Assembly (NCBI GenBank): GCA_903889265.1
Contig: CAISWS010000403.1
Location: forward strand, 1 to 46,472
DNA: 46,472 bases
Direction: 5' to 3'
Source of the DNA: an uncultured Bacteroidota bacterium
GTDB lineage: Bacteria; Bacteroidota; Bacteroidia; Chitinophagales; LD1
Shown here: positions 1 to 9,300 of the stretch, piece by piece
Layout of the letters: every line of letters begins with the position of its first letter
Position numbering within the stretch: position 1 is the stretch's first letter
Position numbers and translations under genes: made by a program
The notes under the pieces: model-generated
The model's input: the letters and a program-made list of their open reading frames with translations, nothing else
Told to the model about the DNA's origin: nothing
Databases searched by the model: none

Positions 1-609
1 CGACTATATCATCGTCGTCATAAACTGCTGCAGGGCCTTGTTTATTTTATATTCTGTAATATCACCAGGCCTGCCGAATGCTTTTTTAAATAAAGCATCA
101 TAAACAGAGTCCGATTTTAAATAACTGATGGTAATGTCAGTTACCATGGCCAGTTCGTTATGCGCCGCATCTTTTGCTTGTTCGGAAAGTCCGGTAATTT
201 TTCCATCCCAGAAAAGCTGTTTCGCCCACAAAAGGTTTTGAAGGGCCGGTGCATTGCGCCTGGTTAAACCCGTTTCATTTGCGCTCTTTGCCCTACCTGA
301 ATCACTGAAGGCAAATTGCACAAAATGACACGATGCGCATGACTTTTCACCATCCTTCGAAAGATGCTTGTCATAAAACAACCTTCGCCCCAATTCTACA
401 CCCTCATAAGTCAGCGAATCAGCATATTTATCAGTAATCGGTGGAAATTTAAACGGCCGTTGAATGGTATATTTTCGGCCTGCGTAAAGGCTATCAGTAT
501 CCGTTTGTCCGCCAAAAAAACTAAATGGATTATGCCTGCAACCTCTTATGGCTATAATGGCTATACATATACAAACAATAATAAAGCCGGGCCGTTTCAT
601 AAGAAGCAA
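1..609 (-). CDS. di-haem cytochrome c peroxidase / MauG family, N-terminal part (gene continues beyond window start)
   Basis: ORF 4..609 is open to the window edge. Hydrophobic N-terminus MKRPGFIIVCICIAIIAI. Haem-binding CxxCH (CASCH), followed by RNAPALQNLLW and WDG as in bacterial di-haem CCPs. Confidence 0.8.
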
Positions 610-835
610 AAGTGAGAAACTTTAATTGTGTTTGCTTCGCTATTTTCACCTCTTTGCTGATAGTCGCAGCTGATTTTGCTCAGAATAAAAGGCCCCACGA
701 GGGTAAACCAATTTAATTTCCCGGTTAATATGCAAACAAAAACTAAAATCAGTTAAAAGCTTTTGGGTGACATTAAGCTATGGTACTTTCAGGCAGTCAA
801 ACGCTGTAAATTGCCTAACCAATAAATCTGTAATC

Positions 836-1744
836 ATGAAAAAAGCATTTTACCTCATTTTCTTTTCGGCTTTGTTAGCGCCTGTATCAGGATGGGCAAC
901 AGACGGCACCGCACCTGCTCAGCACGGCCCCAATACCGCAGTTAAAAAATATATAAAGGAAACAGTAATGCCGGTTCTGATTCAAAAAAGGCAACAGTTT
1001 GACCGCGAGTTAAGCGCCGCTGAAAAAACCGAAATTGCAGATTGCAGGGCAGCCCTTAAACAACTGCAAAACCTGCACCACGATTGGAAACATGAAACTA
1101 AAGGCGAAGGCGATAACATACCTGCCCCCGGATATGAAAATGGTGGCCGCAATTCAAACCCTGCCTTCGCGCAACGTAAAGCAATCATGGAGCGCCTGCT
1201 GGCCATAGCCGATAAACACAGTAATTCATTACAGGATATCAAAACCCAACTGGAACCTAACCGGAAACAATGGATGGAAGACCTTAAAAAATTGCAGCCG
1301 GTAATTGAGGATGCTAAATCAGATAACCAGTATTATGGCGAAAGGCATATGGAACATGGCCCCGCTGCGTTTTTAAATCAGCATCATTTAGCAGCAGTCC
1401 ATTTTTTATTATTGCCCGCCACTCCTGAGGAAAATGTATCAGGCGAATTAAAATCAGAAAATGTTGAAGCAGCCCCTGTGGCAACTGGAATAAATGCAAT
1501 CACCCTGCCCTCTTTCGAAGTAATGCCTAACCCGGCAACCAATGATATACAAGTGCGCAGCAATATTCTGCCTGCAACCAATCAGCTAAAAATTGTTGAC
1601 CTGCAGGGAAAGGAAGTATTAAGCCTTGAAAATGTACAGGCAGCGCAGCACCTGGATGTAAGCCAGCTGCCAAGCGGCACTTACCTTGTTCAGATAAAAA
1701 GCGGCAGCCAGGTGATTAGCAAAAAAATCGTCATAAACAGATAA
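836..1744 (+). CDS. secreted protein with T9SS type A (Por) C-terminal sorting domain
   Basis: The ORF track starts at GTG 767. The internal ATG at 836 gives a clean signal peptide, MKKAFYLIFFSALLAPVSGWA. The last ~80 aa (MPNPATNDIQV...VDLQGKEV...LPSGTYLVQIKSG...KKIVI) fit the type A T9SS sorting-domain pattern. The N-terminal part is helical and of unknown function. Confidence 0.75.
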   Translation: MKKAFYLIFFSALLAPVSGWATDGTAPAQHGPNTAVKKYIKETVMPVLIQKRQQFDRELSAAEKTEIADCRAALKQLQNLHHDWKHETKGEGDNIPAPGYENGGRNSNPAFAQRKAIMERLLAIADKHSNSLQDIKTQLEPNRKQWMEDLKKLQPVIEDAKSDNQYYGERHMEHGPAAFLNQHHLAAVHFLLLPATPEENVSGELKSENVEAAPVATGINAITLPSFEVMPNPATNDIQVRSNILPATNQLKIVDLQGKEVLSLENVQAAQHLDVSQLPSGTYLVQIKSGSQVISKKIVINR

Positions 1745-1771
1745 ACGTATCTTTCGTCTTCAAGAAAAAGT

Positions 1772-1808
1772 GGGGATGAGGGAGTAATTCTTTCATCCGC
1801 TTTTTTTT
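1772..1808. terminator. hairpin plus T8 between convergent genes (likely bidirectional intrinsic terminator)
   Basis: GGATGAGG (1774-1781) pairs with TTTCATCC (1791-1798) including GU pairs, then TTTTTTTT at 1801-1808. On the minus strand the hairpin is followed by TTTTTCTT. It lies between the stop at 1744 (+) and the stop at 1967 (-). Confidence 0.5.
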
Positions 1809-1966
1809 CAGAAAGGTTTTTTCAAATAAGCGTCATCAAAATATCCCTGCAAAAACCCTGATTTTTTAATTAAAGCAAAGTCAGCATCGGTTTTAAATTT
1901 GAACCTGAACAGCTAATCACAATACGCCCGAAATGCGGTTGAATATTAGTCAGCAGCAATCAATAA

Positions 1967-4900
1967 TTATCTAAGCAACGTAATACTCCCCGTCCGTAAA
2001 GTTTGGGTATTATCCAGAAAGGTTACCTGAGCTTCGTAAACGTAAACGCCCGGTTGTTGTGCCTGGCCTTTATAGTTTCCATCCCATCCAGCCAGCAGGT
2101 TTTCAGAGTTAAAGACCAGCTCACCCCAGCGGTTAAATACTTTCAGGTTAACGGTTTTAATATTTTCGCCGTATATCAAAAACAAATCATTATTTCCATC
2201 GCCGTTTGGCGAGAACGAATTCGGGATAAAAACCTGGGGTGTTCCTATAACAATTACGGTAGCGCTATCGCTGGTGGTACACCCTTTATTATAGGTAATA
2301 GTAAGTGTATAGCTGTTAATGTGGCTGTACGAGTTAACCACCGGGTTAGGGCAGTCAACACAACTTAAACCGGTTGACGGCGTCCAGTTATAATATGCAA
2401 CAGCTGAAGCCGGGTAATTTGTAAAAGATGAGAACAGCTGTATGGTTTCACCCAGTTGCATAGTAGTATCATGCGGCAGCACTTCGGCAATACCTGCAAC
2501 AGGCATCCCTATGCTGGCCGAAGTATCGGTAACACAACCATTGTAATCGGTTATCTCAATCGTATGGCTACCGGCAGCCAGGTTGTAAAAATCGCCTGAA
2601 AACTGTAGTGGGCTTCCATCCACCGCATATTGGAACGGGGAATTTTGCCCCACCAGGCCACTAACGTGTATCGCCCCATCCACATACTGCGCACCGAAAC
2701 AAGAGGTTGAATCCGCGGTTATATTAAAAGAATCTGGTACCGCATTGGGCACATAAGTAGTATCCAATAAAGTGCAACCGTTTGCATCCGATATAAGAAC
2801 AGTATAATAGCCTGTATCAAGCCCCACAATAACCGAATCAGTTGTATAAGTAAAGTTTGACAAATCAGTCGTAGCTGCATATTCGTAAGGCGGAACACCC
2901 CCCGAGGTATTACCCAGCGAAATGGTTCCGTCTTTTGAGCCAATGCATTTTACAGCTGTTGAATCAATGGTGAAAAGAATTTGAGCAGGCTCGCCAATAA
3001 CCACATTACCATCAACAGCACAGCCCAAATTATCGGTTACTGTGCTTTCATACAAACCGGCAATAAGCAGGGTTGCCGTTTTTGTTGTTTCGCCGTTGCT
3101 CCATAAGTAATGATAAGGAGTGGTGCCGCCGACAGCGATATCAACGGCGCTTCCGTCGCCACCGCCATAGCATAAAGAATTTTGCCCTGTAATGGTAAGG
3201 GTAAGCTGAGCCGGCTGCCCAACCACAACGCTATCCACCGCAGTGCAGTTGTTGGCATCCGTTACTATTACCGCATAAAGGCCGGCAGTAAGGTTGCTAT
3301 CCGGGTTTTGGGCTACTGTTCCGTTCCAGGTATAAGTATATCCGGGTACACCATTATAAGCGTACACCTCAACAATACCATTGCTCTTTCCGTAACAGGT
3401 AGGGTTGGTAACCAAAGCATTTGCAAAAACTATCTGACCGGGCGAACTGACTATAATTTCATTCGTAACAAAACACCCCAGGTTATCGGTTACAGTTGGA
3501 TAATAATTACCTGCAGCAATATTAGTGGCATTCTGACTGGCAATGCCATTCCCCCAGTTATAAGAATAAGGCGTGGTGCCGCCGGTAACCGTTAAATAAA
3601 TTGCCCCGTCGGTGCCATTGGCAGTTCCATAACAACTGGCATTAACTACAGAATCTGCAAGCACCAGTGCCGCAGGTTGGGTAATTAAGGCCGTGTCGTA
3701 CGCATTGCATCCATGCGAATCGGTAATCGTTAACAGGTACGTATTTGAAGGTATATTAATTCTGTTTTGCAGCGTACTCCCATCACTCCACGCATAACGA
3801 TAGGGCGTGGTCCCCCCCGAAGGGCTTATAAAAATACTTCCTGTGCTGGTTCCAAAGCAGGAAACATCAGTGGTATCCATAATTGAAGTTAAAAAGGGTG
3901 CCTGGGCAACATTGCTGTTGGCACTGGCTGTACAGCCTGCATTATCTGTTACCGTTAGCGGATAGTTACCGGCAATTAAGCCGCTAATGCCAGGGGTGGT
4001 GGCACCGGTGCCCCACAAATAAGAATAAGGTGCAGTTCCCCCGCCCACACCTGCCGTAACCGAACCGTTTGAACCGCTAAAGCACGAAACCTCTGTTACA
4101 TTCATAACAATTGTAAGTGGCGGCAAAGTACTTACCGCTAAAGTAGTGATAGCAGTACAAGCGTTGGCATCAGTTGCTGTAACCGTATAGGTTCCGGCAG
4201 CCAGGTTTGAAGCCATAGCCGTTGTGCTACCCGAACTCCACGCAAAAGCTATAGTTCCGGTACCACCGGTTGCACTTATGGCCGCGCCGCCGTTATTTCC
4301 TCCCGGACATGAAACCGGCGTAACAACCGGTATTCCGAAGCTAATAACCGGTGGGGCATAAACTGTAATAGTATCCATGGCAGTACAACCCAGCTGATCG
4401 GAAATGGTAACATTGTAAAGACCGGAGGTAAGGTTGCCGGCAGTTGCAGTAAGGGCCCCACTACTCCATTGGTATCCGAAAGGCGCGGTACCAGTATTAA
4501 CACTGGCAGTCGCCGTGCCGGTGGCTGAATAAGAACAACTGGCGGCAACAGAGTTTATAGAAGCCCGCACGCTATCATTGGTTATTTTGATAGTATCGCT
4601 GGCACTGCAACGTCCGCTGGTAACAAAAACCACATAAGTCTTCGACACGGAAGACGTATCCATCGGATTGAATATCGCACTATCCGTAAGTCCTGAACCC
4701 GGTACCCAGGTATAAACAAACGAAGAACCACTTATAGAATTGCCGGTAACAATTGCATTTAGCTGTACGGCAATGCCGCAACTTAAAATATCCGGTCCTG
4801 CCGAAACGCTAAACGGTGGCGTTGTATAGATAGCAACTACAGTCGAGTCAACTGATGTGCAACCATTAAAAGTGGCACTGCATACGTATGTAGTAGTGGC

Positions 4901-6208
4901 CTGCGGAAACACAAACGGGTTGCTGATATTTGTGGCCGAAATATTGGTTGATGGGTTCCAGCTATAAGTTGTGCCAGGGGCTCCGTTGGCAGATAGTTTA
5001 ACCGTATCTCCAGGGCATACTGAAGTATCATTTCCGGTTGTTATTTTCTGCGCGGCAACTATATATATAATAATGCTATCGTAAGGATTTGCATTGCACT
5101 GGTTGGTTAAATATAAAATTACCGTTTGCGTTTGGGTTGATGTCCCTATGGGATGAATAATTATTTGCGCACTGCTGTCGCCGGCTAAAACCTGTTCGGT
5201 ACCTGATAAAAAAGTATAATCTGCACCATTTACTGCGCTGCCCCCAATGGTGTAATTAACAATAGTTGTTTGCGATACAGGCTTTGAAAATTTAAGATTA
5301 ACTATACCATCTGCACAACCCCTGATGGCACTATCAGGAGTAAGGGAAGCATGCGAAGTATCAAAAAATACCTGGTTATAGCTAAGGCTGTTGGCTTCAA
5401 TAAACACGCCAGAATCATATCCCGGGTCGCCTACATCGGCCACCACAAGTTTCAGGTGATATACCGAACAAGGTGTTAACCCCCCTCTTGAAGCCGTTAA
5501 TGTGGTAGTAAACCCGTTGTAACGGATGTAATACGGATTGGCATTATAAGGGGCCTGAGATCCATTGCCATTGTTTACGTAATATTGCGGGTAAGCCAAC
5601 GACTGGTTGGTACCCGTACATGTGCCGCCAAAATTTCCAACCTGGCCCGAATTAATGGAGTTAATTGCCACCGGTATGGTAGTTCCGGGAATCAAAGCCA
5701 TATTCTGCTTACCGGTAATACCCGGCCCGCTGATAAAAAAAGCGAACGCATCATTATACTGACTGCAAACAAACTGCGGGTATTCCTCCGAGCCGAAAAT
5801 ATAGTTAAACTGTACACTATCACCCGGTACCATTACATCAAATTCCAGTGCACAGGCATCAAATAAAACGCTATCGGGCTGGTTAATGGAAGCTGCCAGG
5901 TCCGAATCCCCTTTAGTTCCCCAGGGATAAGAGGCAATTGTGGAATTATTGGGGCCTTCAATACTTTGTGCCAGGCCATTGGTTAATACAATACCTGAGT
6001 CCATACCCAGGCTACAGTTGCTACAGGTAAAGCTACCGGCAGCTCCATCGGGGCAGTTCAGGTTTATGTTCGAAATAACCACCCCATTGCCCGAAATAAT
6101 CTGGGCAAGCTTGCTACCCACAGGGTCTACGGTTACTCCAATCTGCGCAAAAACGGCCGATGAAAATATAAGCAGCGAAAAAAGTAAAAGATAACAGTTT
6201 TTTTTCAT
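1967..6208 (-). CDS. giant cell-surface protein: choice-of-anchor L domain + ~9 SprB-type repeats + T9SS type B (gliding motility-associated) C-terminal sorting domain
   Basis: 1413 aa with signal peptide MKKNCYLLLFSLLIFSSAVFA. The N-terminal region (GIVLTNG, FGSEEYPQFV, NDAFAFFISGPG) fits choice-of-anchor L. About nine ~70-aa Cys-bounded repeats carry GGTxPYxYxW ... TVTDxxGC. The C-terminus FIPNSFSPNGDGNND...FNRWGELVF...GWDG is a type B sorting domain. Confidence 0.85.
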   Translation of the reverse strand: MKKNCYLLLFSLLIFSSAVFAQIGVTVDPVGSKLAQIISGNGVVISNINLNCPDGAAGSFTCSNCSLGMDSGIVLTNGLAQSIEGPNNSTIASYPWGTKGDSDLAASINQPDSVLFDACALEFDVMVPGDSVQFNYIFGSEEYPQFVCSQYNDAFAFFISGPGITGKQNMALIPGTTIPVAINSINSGQVGNFGGTCTGTNQSLAYPQYYVNNGNGSQAPYNANPYYIRYNGFTTTLTASRGGLTPCSVYHLKLVVADVGDPGYDSGVFIEANSLSYNQVFFDTSHASLTPDSAIRGCADGIVNLKFSKPVSQTTIVNYTIGGSAVNGADYTFLSGTEQVLAGDSSAQIIIHPIGTSTQTQTVILYLTNQCNANPYDSIIIYIVAAQKITTGNDTSVCPGDTVKLSANGAPGTTYSWNPSTNISATNISNPFVFPQATTTYVCSATFNGCTSVDSTVVAIYTTPPFSVSAGPDILSCGIAVQLNAIVTGNSISGSSFVYTWVPGSGLTDSAIFNPMDTSSVSKTYVVFVTSGRCSASDTIKITNDSVRASINSVAASCSYSATGTATASVNTGTAPFGYQWSSGALTATAGNLTSGLYNVTISDQLGCTAMDTITVYAPPVISFGIPVVTPVSCPGGNNGGAAISATGGTGTIAFAWSSGSTTAMASNLAAGTYTVTATDANACTAITTLAVSTLPPLTIVMNVTEVSCFSGSNGSVTAGVGGGTAPYSYLWGTGATTPGISGLIAGNYPLTVTDNAGCTASANSNVAQAPFLTSIMDTTDVSCFGTSTGSIFISPSGGTTPYRYAWSDGSTLQNRINIPSNTYLLTITDSHGCNAYDTALITQPAALVLADSVVNASCYGTANGTDGAIYLTVTGGTTPYSYNWGNGIASQNATNIAAGNYYPTVTDNLGCFVTNEIIVSSPGQIVFANALVTNPTCYGKSNGIVEVYAYNGVPGYTYTWNGTVAQNPDSNLTAGLYAVIVTDANNCTAVDSVVVGQPAQLTLTITGQNSLCYGGGDGSAVDIAVGGTTPYHYLWSNGETTKTATLLIAGLYESTVTDNLGCAVDGNVVIGEPAQILFTIDSTAVKCIGSKDGTISLGNTSGGVPPYEYAATTDLSNFTYTTDSVIVGLDTGYYTVLISDANGCTLLDTTYVPNAVPDSFNITADSTSCFGAQYVDGAIHVSGLVGQNSPFQYAVDGSPLQFSGDFYNLAAGSHTIEITDYNGCVTDTSASIGMPVAGIAEVLPHDTTMQLGETIQLFSSFTNYPASAVAYYNWTPSTGLSCVDCPNPVVNSYSHINSYTLTITYNKGCTTSDSATVIVIGTPQVFIPNSFSPNGDGNNDLFLIYGENIKTVNLKVFNRWGELVFNSENLLAGWDGNYKGQAQQPGVYVYEAQVTFLDNTQTLRTGSITLLR

Positions 6209-6227
6209 TAAAACGCAATCGCTGATT

Positions 6228-6235
6228 CAAATATA
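6228..6235 (-). promoter_or_regulatory. candidate Bacteroidota -7 promoter box (TAnnTTTG)
   Basis: The minus strand reads TATATTTG, 20 nt upstream of the ATG at 6208. No clean -33 TTTG was seen. Confidence 0.3.
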
Positions 6236-6348
6236 ATTTTCAATTTTAAAAAAAATCCGCACCATCTGCCCTTACCAATAAGAAGGCTTATGATAGACAA
6301 AAGTTGCACACGCCAACTTTCATACTGAAAACTCAATGTTTCGGGTTA

Positions 6349-9300
6349 TTATCGAAGAAGCGTAACGCTGCCATGCTTTTCAATCTGGGTATCATCCAGA
6401 AATATTATTTCAGCATCATAGGTATAAACACCGGGGTTCTGTAAAATGCCTTTGTAGTAGCCATCCCACCCTTTAAACTGGTTGGTGCTTTCATAAACCA
6501 ACTCGCCCCAGCGGTTAAATATCCTCATCTTAACGCTTTTAATGTTTTCCCCGTAAATTTCAAAAACGTCATTATTCCCGTCTCCGTTAGGTGAGAATGA
6601 ATTGGGGATAAAAGGTTTACTCTGGTTCTCAACAATAATTCGCATACTGTCGCTGGCAGTACAAAGCCCGTTATAAGTAATTGTCAGATAATACTCCGAT
6701 ACATGGCTGTAAGGCGTGGCAACCGGATTAGGGCAATCAATACAGCTTAGCCCCATGGAAGGCACCCAGTTATACGAAGTAATACTCGACAGGCTATAAG
6801 GCGAAAATCCTGAATACAGGATTACGGATTGCCCTAAATGCAAGGTTGTATCCTGGGGGAATATGGTGGCATATGCCTGGCCCGGCTGCCCAACCACGGT
6901 ATCAAGATTGCTGGTACAGCCAAATTGGTTAGTAGCTACAATATGGTGCGGCCCGGCTGTCAGATTGCCAAAGTACGAAGTATCCTGCACTGCGCCATTG
7001 TCAATGGTATAAGTATAAGGCATGTTATTGGCGGTAAATGCCGTAACATAAATTGACCCATCAGCATACTGCTGCCCAAAGCAAGTGGTAGAATCAACCG
7101 TGATAGCAAAACTATCGGCCACCGGCGATTTTATAAAAGCAGTATCAGTGTGCGGACAGCCGTTATTATCGGTTAGCACAATAGTATATAAACCGGAATC
7201 CAGTTGGGTAACAACTCCGCTTGTGGTACTAACGGTATTCGCAAAATTATCCTTGGTAACCGAATAGTCGTAAGGCGGTGTGCCACCCACGGCAACAGCT
7301 GTAATAGTGCCATCCTGCAGGCCAGGACAGGTTACCTGGGTTTCAGTGTGGGTGAAGGTTAAAACCGGTGGCTGACTCAACGACGCGGTATCGTGGGTTC
7401 TGCAGCCTTTACTATCAGTAATTGTTACCGTATAAGGACTAGGCGCAACAGGCAACAACGAATCCAGTTGGGTAGTTGAACCATCACCCCATTGGTAAGT
7501 AAATGGTGGATTTCCACCATAGGCAATTGCAGTTAAGCTGCCATCATTACCACCAAAACACCTCACATTTGAACGCATGATACTGTCCAGAATGGGTGCA
7601 GGCTGACCCACAACTACGATAGTAGATGCCGTGCAACCATTTCCGTCCGTAACTACCACAGTGTAGGAATTAGCCGCCAGGTTCACCTGCGGGTTGTTTC
7701 CCGCAGCGCCATTCCAGGTATAGGTATAAGGTCCTCCGTTTCCACCTGATGGTGTCACCTGTGCGCTTCCATCGCTCTTGCCAAAGCAGCTCACATTAAT
7801 CACAATCGAATCTCCAAAAACTATTTGTATTCCTTGTGTAACCGCATTCGTGCTTGATACCGTACATCCTCCGCCATCGGTAGCTGTTACCGTATAAGTT
7901 CCTGCTGCTAAACCAGTCTCTGTAGGGCTGTTTACCTGGGGCGCATTGGCACTCCACGCATAACTAAACCCTGGCGTTCCGCCGCTTGGCGTTACAGTGA
8001 TGGAACCGGTAGAGGCCCCAAAGCATTGTGCGTTATCAACCACCGCAGTTAACGAAGGTCCTGTTGAAGGCTGCGTAACTATGTAAGACGCAGTGTCGGT
8101 ACAGTTATTCGCATCTGTTACCGTCAGGTGATAGGTATTAGCCGGGAGGTTGCTGATGGCGGCAGTAGTAGCCGTATTACTCCAGGTATAATTTAACGTG
8201 CCCGTTCCCCCTGAAGCGCTGGCAATGATAGCACCGGTGGCCCCGTTAAGGCATGCGTCATTCTGAATAACGGGTGCATTTAGAACAATAGGCGGTGGCT
8301 GTGTTAAATTAAACGTACGGTTCTGCTGGCATCCGTTTGCATCCGTAATGGTTACGCTATAGCTGTTGGCTGCCAGGTTGGTTATGGCCGGGGTAGTGGC
8401 ATTATTTGCACTGGCGCCCCATGCATAACTTACCGTGGGTGCAGCATTAGTTGTAGCCGTAATAGCAATACTGCCGGTTGAGCTGCCATTACATAAAACA
8501 TTTACAGAATCGGCTACAATTACAATGGCACCTGGTTGAGTGATGGTAATAGTTGCCGTTGTAATGCAGGAACTATCATCCGTAACACTTACAGTATAAG
8601 CCTGGGCAGCAAGGTTAGTGGCCGTTTGCGTAATCTGGCCTGATGGTGTCCATAAATAGCTGTAAGGAGGTGCCCCACCCGTTGGGTTTATGGTTGCACT
8701 GCCTGTGCCCCCAAAACATTTTGCGTTATTAATTGTAGGAGGGCCGAAAGTAACAGCTATGGCAGCATTAACCGTATTGGTAGATGATGCGGTACATCCG
8801 TTAGCATCGCTAACGGTAACAACGTACGGCCCTGCAGTCAGATTCTGGGCTGTAGGAGAATTAAGTCCGGCATTTTGGCTCCAACTATAAGTATAAGCTC
8901 CGGTTCCACCGGTCGGCGATACCGTAATTTTACCGGTTGTGCTGTTCGGGCACTTATCGTTTTGAATAACAGCGGCACCAAAAGTAATTTGCGGTGGGGC
9001 AGAAATAACTATACTGGTACTTACACTACAGCCATTGGCATCTGATGCGGTAACATCATAAGTGGCCGCCCCAAGGCCGGTTTGAAACGAGTCTGGGGGA
9101 AGTGAGTTACTCCAGGCATAAGTGTAAGGCCTGGTTCCGCCCGTAAAAGTGGTAGTTATATTTGCAGTCTGGTAGCCGAAGCATTTTAAGGGTGTAGTTG
9201 TAACCCCGCTGTTTATAAGCGATAGCGGCTGAGAAACTGAGACTGAAGCCGTACCGGAACATGAGTTTGCATCAGATACAGTTACTGAATAAGTTCCCGC

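Noticed and set aside
767-835. Upstream alternative-start extensions given in the ORF track (767 GTG, 13098 TTG, 23585, 27126, 31353, 41805).
   Set aside because: In each case an internal ATG gives a canonical signal peptide or family-typical N-terminus. The extension adds non-hydrophobic, non-conserved-looking residues.
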